This document shows, one piece after another, positions 9,833 to 17,620 of a stretch of DNA of 32,000 bases. The number at the start of each line of letters is the position of its first letter. Position 1 is the stretch's first letter. This DNA is from Delftia acidovorans NBRC 14950 (GTDB lineage: Bacteria > Pseudomonadota > Gammaproteobacteria > Burkholderiales > Burkholderiaceae_C). Position numbers and translations under genes: made by a program. The notes under the pieces were generated by a model that was not told the origin of the DNA, made no database searches, and worked only from the letters and a program-made list of their open reading frames with translations. Location of the stretch: the NCBI RefSeq assembly GCF_001598795.1, contig NZ_BCZP01000017.1:30001-62000 (forward strand), given 5' to 3'.

Positions 9833-9866
9833 GGCTTTTCTTGGCCGCGCGCCGCGCAGCCAGGCT

Positions 9867-9883
9867 CAAAAGCCCCGCGGGCT
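9867..9883 (-). terminator. Weak hairpin downstream of fliC1
   Basis: The minus strand reads AGCCC-GCG-GGGCT followed by TTTG, 6 nt after the fliC1 stop. The stem is only 5 bp. Confidence 0.3.
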
Positions 9884-9888
9884 CCCTC

Positions 9889-10767
9889 TTACTGGATCAG
9901 CTTGAGCACCGACTGGGGCAGCTGGTTGGCCTGGGCCACCATGGCTGTGCCAGCCTGCTGCAGGATCTGCGTGCGGCTAAGGTTCGCGGTTTCAGCGGCA
10001 AAGTCGGCGTCCATGATGCGCGAGCGTGCCGCCGATGTATTTTCAGCCGCCACCTGGAGGTTCGAGATCACGGCCTCAAAGCGATTCTGGGCAGCACCAA
10101 AAGTGGCGCGTGTATTGTTGATTTCGTCCAATGCCGTATCGATCGCGGCCATCGACAGGCGTGCGTCACCCGCAGTGCCGGTACCCGAACCGAGCAAGGA
10201 GCCCAGGGACCCGCCCAACGAAGGAGGCGTCGTTCCTGCATTGACTCCCAAACCACCCGGAGTGGAGCCTGTCAAATCCACTGCGGAAATCGTGATCTGA
10301 TTGTCAGGTCCGGTGTTGGCGCCCACCTGGAAGACTGTAGGACTAGAGCTATTCAGCAGGGGACGACCGTTGAAGCTTGTGCTTCCAACGATACGTGCAA
10401 TTTCCTGCGCCAGCTGCTGAAACTCTTTGTCCAGCGAGCCCCGATCGGTGGAGCCGTTGGTGTCGTTGGCAGCTTGAACAGCGAGTTCGCGCATGCGTTG
10501 CAGACTATCGCCGATCTTGCCCAGCGCGCCTTCGGCCGTCTGCGCCATGGAAATGCCGTCGTTGGCATTGCGCATGGCCACATTCATGCCTCGCACCTGA
10601 GCGTTCATGCGCTCGGCGATGGCCAGACCCGCCGCGTCGTCCTTTGCACTGTTGACACGCAGACCCGAAGACAGGCGCTGCATGGTCGTGCTCAGCGACG
10701 ACTGGGACGTGCTGAGATTGCGCTGGGCGTTAAGCGAAACAAGATTGGTGTTGATGATGGATGCCAT
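9889..10767 (-). CDS. fliC: Flagellin, short type (copy 1, 292 aa)
   Basis: The ATG at 10767 has AGGAG 6 nt upstream. The sequence reads [18 protein letters not shown]...[25 protein letters not shown]...[32 protein letters not shown]. The track start at 10818 is an upstream extension. Confidence 0.95.
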   Translation of the reverse strand: MASIINTNLVSLNAQRNLSTSQSSLSTTMQRLSSGLRVNSAKDDAAGLAIAERMNAQVRGMNVAMRNANDGISMAQTAEGALGKIGDSLQRMRELAVQAANDTNGSTDRGSLDKEFQQLAQEIARIVGSTSFNGRPLLNSSSPTVFQVGANTGPDNQITISAVDLTGSTPGGLGVNAGTTPPSLGGSLGSLLGSGTGTAGDARLSMAAIDTALDEINNTRATFGAAQNRFEAVISNLQVAAENTSAARSRIMDADFAAETANLSRTQILQQAGTAMVAQANQLPQSVLKLIQ

Positions 10768-10821
10768 GGGCAGCTCCTCGTTAGGCATGAACAATAGCCA
10801 ACCGTTCGACGACCCCAAGCC

Positions 10822-10847
10822 GCCAGAACGCCAGACAGCACGCCAGA
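10822..10847. repeat. Three direct copies of GCCAGA in the fliC1 leader/promoter region
   Basis: GCCAGA occurs at 10822-10827, 10830-10835 and 10842-10847 (TCTGGC on the coding strand of fliC1). Confidence 0.6.
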
Positions 10848-10975
10848 ACTTCCAGCCCTGCCTATCTGATGTGGACGATTGTGCGGAAAAGCCCCCTCAC
10901 CAAAGCGCCGATAAAGCCCATGATCCGGCGCCAATTCGCCCTTCGAACACCCTCTTGGCCAACCTTTTCGCCCAT

Positions 10976-11002
10976 AAAAAAACCCCAGGCAGATGCCTGG
11001 GG
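10976..11002 (-). terminator. Rho-independent terminator of fliC2
   Basis: On the minus strand: stem CCCCAGGC, loop ATCT, stem GCCTGGGG (11002-10983), followed by T7 (10982-10976). It lies about 50 nt after the fliC2 stop. Confidence 0.85.
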
Positions 11003-11054
11003 CTTGGAGAATTCCGGCCGCCTCCTGCTTGGGAAGGCCACCGGACTCGCACTA

Positions 11055-11906
11055 TCAGCGCAGCAGGGCCAGAACGCCTTGGGGCAGTTGGTTGGCCTGG
11101 GCCACCATCGCTGTACCGGCCTGCTGCAGGATCTGCGCACGGCTCAGGTTGGCTGTTTCCGATGCAAAGTCGGCATCCGTGATGCGGCTGCGGGCCGACG
11201 CGGTGTTTTCGGAAGCCACCTGCAGGTTGGAGATCACTGCATCGAAACGGTTCTGCGAGGCACCGAAGTCAGCGCGCTTGCCGTTGACGGCATCGATGGC
11301 GCTGTCCAGGGCAGTGACTGCCGTCAGGGCCGTGGCGGCCGTGGAACCCAGCGTTGCGCCGGCACCTGTACCCTGAGCCACGGTGCCCATGGCAGACGCC
11401 AGATCGGACGTGGTAATGGAGATCTGGTTGTCGCTTGCCGTGTTGGAGCCGATCTGGAACTGGAATGTGCCGGAATTGCCACCCGAACCCGTCAGCAGCT
11501 CCTGGCCGTTGAACTTGGTGTTCTTGATCACGCGGGCGTTTTCTTCGGCCAGCTGCTTGAATTCCTTGTCCATCGAGCCGCGGTCGGCCGTGCCGTTGGT
11601 GTCGTTGGCCGCCTGGACTGCCAGTTCACGCATACGCTGCAGGTTCTCACCGATCTTGCCCAGCGCGCCTTCTGCGGTCTGCGACAGAGAGATGCCGTCG
11701 TTGGCGTTGCGCACAGCCACGTTCATGCCGCGGACTTGGGCGTTCATGCGTTCGGCGATGGCCAGGCCAGCGGCATCGTCCTTGGCGCTGTTGACGCGCA
11801 GGCCGGAGGACAGGCGTTGCATGGTGGTGGACAGCGAGCTTTGCGAAGCACCCAGGTTGCGTTGGGCGTTCAGCGATTGCACGTTGGTGTTGATAGACAT
11901 GGCCAT
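11055..11906 (-). CDS. fliC: Flagellin, short type (copy 2, 283 aa)
   Basis: AGGAG 8 nt upstream of the ATG at 11906. The sequence reads [18 protein letters not shown]...[25 protein letters not shown]...[32 protein letters not shown]. Confidence 0.96.
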   Translation of the reverse strand: MAMSINTNVQSLNAQRNLGASQSSLSTTMQRLSSGLRVNSAKDDAAGLAIAERMNAQVRGMNVAVRNANDGISLSQTAEGALGKIGENLQRMRELAVQAANDTNGTADRGSMDKEFKQLAEENARVIKNTKFNGQELLTGSGGNSGTFQFQIGSNTASDNQISITTSDLASAMGTVAQGTGAGATLGSTAATALTAVTALDSAIDAVNGKRADFGASQNRFDAVISNLQVASENTASARSRITDADFASETANLSRAQILQQAGTAMVAQANQLPQGVLALLR

Positions 11907-12063
11907 GGTGACAACTCCTAGTAAATTCAGTTACGTCGCCGCCACGGTGCCCTCGCTTATCGCAAGGCGGGCGGCGGCGGCCCAATCCAACCATCAGCCG
12001 CTTTCACATCGATTTACGCGGCTTTTGGTGGGCTCAGGACTTTTTGTCCCTCTGCTGAGTTGG

Positions 12064-12090
12064 TTTTCGGAGCTGCCCCGGCGAACTTTA
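12064..12090 (-). promoter_or_regulatory. Candidate FliA (sigma28) promoter for fliC2
   Basis: The minus strand reads TAAAGTTC-N11-TCCGAAAA against TAAAGTTT-N11-GCCGATAA (7/8 and 6/8, exact spacing). This implies a leader of about 150 nt. Confidence 0.6.
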
Positions 12091-12403
12091 GGGGCGTTGC
12101 AAAGATTTTTTGATGCCAGCCTGATACTTTGCCCAGACGCCCCCTCCCGCACCGGCCACAAGATACAGATGCGCCCGCGCCAACTCCAGGGGGCTGCGGC
12201 CAAGCGTGGATGTCCGAGAAGCACGGCACCTGCGGCAGTACACAAAACAAGCCGCACTTTCCTGTCCAGTTCCATCGTTCGCGCCCGAGCGGCTCTGCCA
12301 GAATCCGTCGTATTTCGTGCCTGCATGGGCGAAGCCCACCCAGCCGCCCAAGCGACTTGGCGGCCAAGCCCGGGCACGATGTTTTTCACTAGGAACACCG
12401 TCC

Positions 12404-12628
12404 ATGCCCTCCATTGAACAATTCATCGAAAGCTTTCTGACCGCCGTGGACTTCCAGGAGGCCGTGGAAGTGACGCCAGAGACCGAACTCAAGCGCCTGC
12501 CCGAATGGGACTCGCTGGCCGCACTGGGCGTGATCGTCATGTTCGACGTCGATTTCGGCAAAACCATCACGGGCGACGATCTCAAGAACTGCGCGACCAT
12601 CAACGACCTCTACCAACTGCTGGGCTGA
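12404..12628 (+). CDS. Acyl carrier protein (stand-alone)
   Basis: 74 aa, with AGGAA at 12391-12395. It is small and acidic and carries a phosphopantetheine-attachment context LPEWDSLAALGVIVMFD. The track start at 12206 is an unsupported extension. Confidence 0.85.
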   Translation: MPSIEQFIESFLTAVDFQEAVEVTPETELKRLPEWDSLAALGVIVMFDVDFGKTITGDDLKNCATINDLYQLLG

Positions 12629-12633
12629 ACGAC

Positions 12634-13686
12634 ATGACGCTGTCCACCCTGCACAACGTGCGATTCGCGGGCATGGCCAGCTGCGTGCCACGGCAAGTCG
12701 TACACAACATCAACGACGTCCCCCCCCATCTGCGTTCGGAGCGTGAGCGCCTGGTGCGCAACATCGGCATACTGACACGCAGGGTCTGTCCGAGTTGGCA
12801 GTGCTTTTCGGACCTGGCGTTCGATGCCGCCGAAAAGCTGCTCACCGAGTTGCAATGGGCCCGCGAAGAGGTCGATGCACTGATCGTGGTCACCCAGTCG
12901 CCGGACTACCTGACCCCGGCCACGGCCATCATCTTGCAGGACCGCCTGGGACTGCCGCATGGCACCGTGGCCTTTGATGTCAACCTGGGTTGCTCCGGTT
13001 ATCCGTTCGCGGTGCAGATCCTGGGCTCCATGGTGGCCTCGGGCGTCGTCAAGAAGGGCTTGATCCTGCTGGGAGACCGGTCCAGCTACAAGCACAAGGA
13101 CTCGCTCAAGGACCCGCTGTTCTCCGATGCCGCCACGGCGACAGCGCTGGAATACCAGCCCGGAGCACCCCCCATGCATTTCGACCTGAACAGCGATGGC
13201 AGCGGACACAAGGCCATCATGGTCCCGGTAGGCGGGCATCGCCAGCCCTTTGAACTCGAACATGCGATTGCGCGCAAGGGTGAAGATGGCTTCTGGTACT
13301 CCAACCTGGACCTGGTGCTCGACGGCCCTGCCGTGCTGAGCTTTTCCACGCAGCGTGTCCCGCCCATGGTCGAGCGCCTGATGCAGTACTCCGGCAGGAA
13401 CAAGGAAGAGGTGGACTACTTCATCTTTCACCAGGCCAACCGCATGATCAACGAGACGATACGCAAGAAGCTCGGCCTGCCCGCCGAGAAAGTGCCGTCA
13501 TCCCTGCAGGAGTTCGGCAATACCAGCGGTGCTTCATTGCCGGTCACCATGACCACGCGCCTGCGCGATGCGCTGGCCGAGGGAAAAAAGCGGCTGTTGC
13601 TGTGCGGTTTCGGTGTGGGTCTTTCCTGGGGCGGAGCCATTGTGGAAGTGGAATCTGCCTGCTTTCCTGCACTGGTCGAGGCATGA
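12634..13686 (+). CDS. 3-oxoacyl-ACP synthase III (FabH/KAS III family)
   Basis: 350 aa from the ATG at 12634, 5 nt after the ACP stop. The catalytic triad contexts are VNLGCSGYPFA (Cys), YFIFHQANRMI (His) and EFGNTSGASLP (Asn). Confidence 0.9.
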   Translation: MTLSTLHNVRFAGMASCVPRQVVHNINDVPPHLRSERERLVRNIGILTRRVCPSWQCFSDLAFDAAEKLLTELQWAREEVDALIVVTQSPDYLTPATAIILQDRLGLPHGTVAFDVNLGCSGYPFAVQILGSMVASGVVKKGLILLGDRSSYKHKDSLKDPLFSDAATATALEYQPGAPPMHFDLNSDGSGHKAIMVPVGGHRQPFELEHAIARKGEDGFWYSNLDLVLDGPAVLSFSTQRVPPMVERLMQYSGRNKEEVDYFIFHQANRMINETIRKKLGLPAEKVPSSLQEFGNTSGASLPVTMTTRLRDALAEGKKRLLLCGFGVGLSWGGAIVEVESACFPALVEA

Positions 13687-14444
13687 TGGATCAGGATCCG
13701 TTCTCCCTGGCGGGGAAACGCATTCTGGTCACGGGGGCGTCTTCGGGCATAGGCCGGCAGGTCGCGCTGAGTTGCGCCGACATGGGAGCGCAACTGATCA
13801 TCACCGGACGGGACCCGCAACGCCTGCAAGCCACAGCCGATGAACTGCCCGGCAGCGGCCACTTGGCGGTGATTGCTGATCTTGCACAACCTGTCGATCT
13901 GGCTCGGCTGGTCGAGCAAACTGGCGTGATCAACGGTCTGGTGCATGCTGCCGGCATTTCCAGGCTGGTGCCTTTTCGCATGATCAGCCAGGCGCATCTG
14001 AGCGAGATGTTTGAACACAATACCTATGCTCCGATGATGCTGACCAAGGAGCTACTGGGCAAAAAGCGTGTGGTGGCCGGCGGCTCCATCGTGTTCATTT
14101 CTGCCCTGGCATCACACAGCGGGGCCCAGGCCACAGCAGCCTATGCCGCAAGCAAATCGGCCCTGCTGGGAGCCATGCGTTCACTGGCCATCGAAGTCGC
14201 CAAGCATGGCATACGTGCCAACTGCATCGCACCAGGTTACGTTCGCACCCCCATGCTGAACGGACTGAGCCAAGGCGGTGCCCAGATGGAGCGCCTGATT
14301 GAGCAGACACCGTTGGGCCTGGGCGATCCTCAGGATATAGCCTATGCCGCGGCCTTCCATCTCGCAGATGCCAGCCGCTGGATCACCGGCAACTACTTCA
14401 TCCTGGACGGAGGACTGAGTACCTCAATGGACATCTACGCATGA
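13683..14444 (+). CDS. Short-chain dehydrogenase/reductase, FabG-like (SDR 1)
   Basis: ATGA overlap with the KAS III stop. Motifs [11 protein letters not shown] and YAASK (YxxxK). 253 aa. Confidence 0.88.
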   Translation: MMDQDPFSLAGKRILVTGASSGIGRQVALSCADMGAQLIITGRDPQRLQATADELPGSGHLAVIADLAQPVDLARLVEQTGVINGLVHAAGISRLVPFRMISQAHLSEMFEHNTYAPMMLTKELLGKKRVVAGGSIVFISALASHSGAQATAAYAASKSALLGAMRSLAIEVAKHGIRANCIAPGYVRTPMLNGLSQGGAQMERLIEQTPLGLGDPQDIAYAAAFHLADASRWITGNYFILDGGLSTSMDIYA

Positions 14445-15181
14445 GCAGCGCGACCATCTCTCCCTTTTCCATGCAAGGAAAGACAGTGCTGGTCACAGGT
14501 GCCTCTTCAGGCCTGGGCAGGCACATCGCTATCACACTGGCGCGAAGAGGTGCTCGCTTGGTGATCACCGGGCGTGATGCGGACAGGCTGAGGCAATGCC
14601 ATGAAGCTCTGCAAGGCGAAGGCCATGTGCAGATCCTGGCCGACCTGACCCTGTCCAAGGACCGGGACCGCGTGGTCCAGGCCAGCATTGGCATCCATGG
14701 TCTGCTGCACTGCGCAGGACTGCATCAGGCAACCCCTGTCAATGCATTGACCGAAGAGCTCATGACGCGCATGTACCAGATCAATTTCCTGGCTCCTGTG
14801 ATGCTCACCCAGCACCTGCTGCAGGTCGGCGCCGTGGCGCAAAAAGGCTCCATCGTCTTCATGCTAGCCACCGCTGCGCACAGCGGCATGGAGGGACTAG
14901 GCCCTTATGCAGCCATGAAGGCCGGGCTGTGGGGTCTCATCAAATGCCTCGCACTGGAACAGGCTTCTCAGAAAATCCGCGTCAACGGTATCTCACCCGC
15001 AGTCATTGGCACGCCGCCTGCCGAGTCGGGCCAGCAGATCCTGGTGGCAGACAAGGCTCTCCATCCGCTGGGCCATGGCACGCCCGATGACGTTGCCCAT
15101 GCAGCCATCTACCTGCTGTCCGATGCCAGCCGTTGGGTGACAGGAACCAGCCTGATCCTCGATGGCGGAGCAGCGCACTGA
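14441..15181 (+). CDS. Short-chain dehydrogenase/reductase (SDR 2, paralogue of SDR 1)
   Basis: ATGA overlap with SDR 1. Motifs [11 protein letters not shown] and YAAMK. 246 aa. Confidence 0.88.
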   Translation: MSSATISPFSMQGKTVLVTGASSGLGRHIAITLARRGARLVITGRDADRLRQCHEALQGEGHVQILADLTLSKDRDRVVQASIGIHGLLHCAGLHQATPVNALTEELMTRMYQINFLAPVMLTQHLLQVGAVAQKGSIVFMLATAAHSGMEGLGPYAAMKAGLWGLIKCLALEQASQKIRVNGISPAVIGTPPAESGQQILVADKALHPLGHGTPDDVAHAAIYLLSDASRWVTGTSLILDGGAAH

Positions 15182-15822
15182 TGAAAAGGGTCTACATCAT
15201 TGGTGCTGGTGGCTGGGGCCGGGAAGTCCTGGTCCAGATGTGTGATGCGGTCGAGCATGGACAGGACTGGAAGATCGCCGGCTTTCTGGATACACGGCCC
15301 CACATGCTCAACGGCATTGACTGCGGCGTGACCATCGTCGGAAGCCCCCTGACCCACATGCCGCAGCCGGACGAAGCATTCGTCTGCGCCATCGGCCTGC
15401 CACGCCCACGCCAGCAGTTTTCCCAGCCCATACTGGATAAAGGGGGTGAATTCATGCACGTACGCACCCCTTACAACACCGTAGGCTACCTGAGCGTGCG
15501 CGTGCATCTTGGTACAGGCTGCTTCTGGGCGCCACGCGTGCAAGTCAGCCCTGATGTCCACATCGGCGACTTTGCCAACATCCACAGCGGCACCGTGATA
15601 GGTCACGACGTGCATATCGGCAACTATGCGCAGATAGGCGCCATGACCTTCATCGGGGGAGGAGCGCAAATCGGCGACTATGCCATCGTGCATCCGCACG
15701 CCACGATCACGCCAGGCGTCAAAGTTGGCGAAGGCGCGACCGTGGGCGCCGGTTCTGTAGTGCTCAAAAACGTGCCCGCCGGCTCCACCGTGTTCGGCAA
15801 TCCTGCACGCGTGATCTTCTAA
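15181..15822 (+). CDS. Sugar N-acyl/acetyltransferase, PglD/NeuD/VioB-type left-handed beta-helix
   Basis: 213 aa from the ATG at 15181 (TGATG overlap with SDR 2). An N-terminal YIIGAGGWGREV Rossmann-like motif is followed by hexapeptide repeats: VHIGDFANIHSGTVIGHDVHIGNYAQIGAMTFIGGGAQIGDYAIV... Confidence 0.85.
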   Translation: MKRVYIIGAGGWGREVLVQMCDAVEHGQDWKIAGFLDTRPHMLNGIDCGVTIVGSPLTHMPQPDEAFVCAIGLPRPRQQFSQPILDKGGEFMHVRTPYNTVGYLSVRVHLGTGCFWAPRVQVSPDVHIGDFANIHSGTVIGHDVHIGNYAQIGAMTFIGGGAQIGDYAIVHPHATITPGVKVGEGATVGAGSVVLKNVPAGSTVFGNPARVIF

Positions 15823-15849
15823 AAACCCGAAGCCGACAGGAAATCTCTT

Positions 15850-16989
15850 ATGCGCTCGCGCATGCACCCAAAATATTATTTGTCTCAGGAAATCTTCGAG
15901 CGCGAACAGCAAAAGATCTTTCGCAAGGTGTGGCTGTTCGCAGGCCTTGTCTCCCTGTTGCCCAAGAACCATTCTTTCATCACACGCAAGATCGCGGGCA
16001 TTCCCGTAGTCATTCAAAATTTCAACGGAGAGTTGCGCGCTTTCGAGAACATCTGCCTGCACCGCAGCGCACCGTTGCAGCAAGGTTTCACGGGAACACG
16101 TCCGCTGGTGTGCGCTTATCATGCCTGGAGTTATGACAGCCAAGGCCAAGTGAAGAATATCCCGGATTGCGATGCAATCTATCGACTCGATGCCTGCGAA
16201 AGAAAATCCCTGAAATTACGGGAATTTTCTCTCAGGCAGATTGGCGGCCTGCTGTTCATCAATCTGTCATCCGACCCCATGAAGTTCGAGGAGCAGTTCT
16301 CTGCCCAATTCATTGAACTACTGCAAAGCAGTGCCGAATCCTATGACAGCGAAGTCATGATGACCACTTGGCATGCCAAATTCAACTGGAAGCTTGTCTA
16401 TGAGAATCTGCGCGACGTCAACCATGTGAAATACCTCCACGCCAAGAGTCTGGCCAAAGTTGCCAGCTTTCCATTCTCCGCAAAAGACGGAGCATCCATG
16501 GAGAAGATGGAGTTGGACTGCTCTCCAATCGGCCTGCGAAAGGATATGCGCACATTTAGCCATGGAGGAGCGGAAGGTGCGATCGAACCCATTCGCTGGG
16601 TTCCCTGGCTGGACAAGGTGGAGCGCTGGGGCGACACCAATGCCTATTTCAATTGGCTAACCTACCCCAATCTGCACATAGCCAGCGGAAATGGGGGCTA
16701 CTCCTTCACTATTGAACATCACGTGCCTGTGTCCCCGGGCGAGACCGATGTCGAGATTTTCTTCATTGCGGCCCGAAAAAAGGTGTCGTACGCCGATTCA
16801 GCGCAGGTGCTTTTGTCCCAAATGCACTACAGCAAGCAAGTCGTTGGAGAAGATATTGCCATTCTTGAAGCAGTACAGGCCGTCTTGCATGAAAAAGCGC
16901 CCCTTCCCACCCAGGGCGCTTACGAGTATGCCAATCGTCATATCGAGCGTTGGTACACCACCCTGATGGAGACAGACCATGAAATATAG
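15850..16989 (+). CDS. Rieske [2Fe-2S] non-haem iron oxygenase, alpha-subunit type
   Basis: AGGAAA 7 nt upstream. The Rieske motif is CLH-x16-CAYH (codons at about 16054-16122). The mononuclear iron motif D-x2-H-x4-H appears in ENLRDVNHVKYLH. 379 aa. Confidence 0.88.
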   Translation: MRSRMHPKYYLSQEIFEREQQKIFRKVWLFAGLVSLLPKNHSFITRKIAGIPVVIQNFNGELRAFENICLHRSAPLQQGFTGTRPLVCAYHAWSYDSQGQVKNIPDCDAIYRLDACERKSLKLREFSLRQIGGLLFINLSSDPMKFEEQFSAQFIELLQSSAESYDSEVMMTTWHAKFNWKLVYENLRDVNHVKYLHAKSLAKVASFPFSAKDGASMEKMELDCSPIGLRKDMRTFSHGGAEGAIEPIRWVPWLDKVERWGDTNAYFNWLTYPNLHIASGNGGYSFTIEHHVPVSPGETDVEIFFIAARKKVSYADSAQVLLSQMHYSKQVVGEDIAILEAVQAVLHEKAPLPTQGAYEYANRHIERWYTTLMETDHEI

Positions 16990-17605
16990 ATGGATTGTCG
17001 GCTGCGGTGACTTTTTAGATACCGCTTTTCATGCCTGGAAGCAATTCCGCCCCGATGAGCTGATTAAACGAGTCGAGGTCCGGCAAAATGCAGACTACGC
17101 CTTCGATTGCTCCGTGCTCGATACTCTAGACCCAGCTAAAGGTAGTGCCTTCATTGCGTTCAACGAGCGCTTTGGCAACTTTAAGCGCTTGGAGTTGATG
17201 CAGGCAGCCGTTGATCACGGGCTGAACCTGGAGCCGTTCATCAGTCCTATGGCCAACGTGGCCACCGATGTTGTCATCGGCCCCAACAGTTTCATCGGCC
17301 ACAACGCCTGCATTGGCCATGGCAGCCGAATAGACTTCAATACTGTCATCCACAACGGCGTCCAGATTGGCATCCGCAGCACCATCAACGCGTCCTGCTG
17401 GATTGAAAGCGGCGTGCAAGTGGGCGATAACGTAGAGATCGGTGCGCATGGCATTTTACGCATGGGGGCGATGATCAAGAAGGGAATCACAGTGGGGGAG
17501 GGCTGTGAGTTGGGTTGGCCCCGTCTTTATCATGAAGACATCCCCAGCAAAACGGTTTTTGATCTGAGATACGACGAACCAATATACGTTTACCCGGGCA
17601 CATAG
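16979..17605 (+). CDS. Atypical hexapeptide-repeat (LbH) transferase-like protein
   Basis: GGAGA 6 nt upstream, and an 11-nt overlap with the Rieske gene. The C-terminal hexapeptide repeats read VVIGPNSFIGHNACIGHGSRIDFNTVIHNGVQIGIRSTINASCWIESGVQVGDNVEIGAHG. The N terminus WIVGCGDF lacks the GxGGxG motif of LbH 1. Confidence 0.7.
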   Translation: MKYRWIVGCGDFLDTAFHAWKQFRPDELIKRVEVRQNADYAFDCSVLDTLDPAKGSAFIAFNERFGNFKRLELMQAAVDHGLNLEPFISPMANVATDVVIGPNSFIGHNACIGHGSRIDFNTVIHNGVQIGIRSTINASCWIESGVQVGDNVEIGAHGILRMGAMIKKGITVGEGCELGWPRLYHEDIPSKTVFDLRYDEPIYVYPGT

Positions 17606-17620
17606 AAATAGCTTCGCATC

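Noticed and set aside
10907-10914. A perfect GCCGATAA (sigma28 -10 consensus) on the plus strand between the two flagellin genes. A promoter here would drive antisense transcription into fliC2.
   Set aside because: The orientation is wrong for either flagellin. The upstream -35 region (AAAAGCCC) is poor. One chance occurrence of an 8-mer is expected in 64 kb of two-strand sequence.
8175-11921. Long plus-strand ORFs opposite fliD and both flagellins (8175..9623, 9724..10797, 10869..11921).
   Set aside because: They are antisense to genes with unmistakable FliD and flagellin sequences. Their composition is low-complexity and Arg/Gly/His-rich, which is typical of high-GC artefacts.
11957-11964. 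TGCGATAA on the minus strand about 50 nt upstream of the fliC2 ATG, considered as a proximal sigma28 -10 element.
   Set aside because: The corresponding -35 position is GC-only (GGGC/CGCC). The complete motif at 12064-12090 is far better.
12100-12126. CAAAGATT-N11-GCCTGATA on the plus strand, considered as a sigma28 promoter for the island operon.
   Set aside because: The -10 element matches in only 4 of 8 positions. It is mentioned as an open question in the findings but is not annotated as a feature.
11994-12603. ORFs in the fliC2/ACP intergenic region (11994..12398 -, 12014..12367 -, 12088..12603 -, 12129..12392 +).
   Set aside because: They have no RBS and mutually overlap. Their composition is Arg/Pro/Gly-rich, and the region is better explained as a promoter and leader region.
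15109-16149. A 346-aa minus-strand ORF across the LbH and Rieske genes.
   Set aside because: The plus-strand frames carry clear hexapeptide and Rieske motifs, and the antisense product has none.
15850-16989. The idea that the Rieske protein is a CMP-sialic acid hydroxylase-type enzyme that converts N-acetyl to N-glycolyl groups.
   Set aside because: The catalytic half has the D-x2-H-x4-H motif of ring-hydroxylating-oxygenase alpha subunits rather than what I would expect for that family. The substrate cannot be inferred from the sequence alone.
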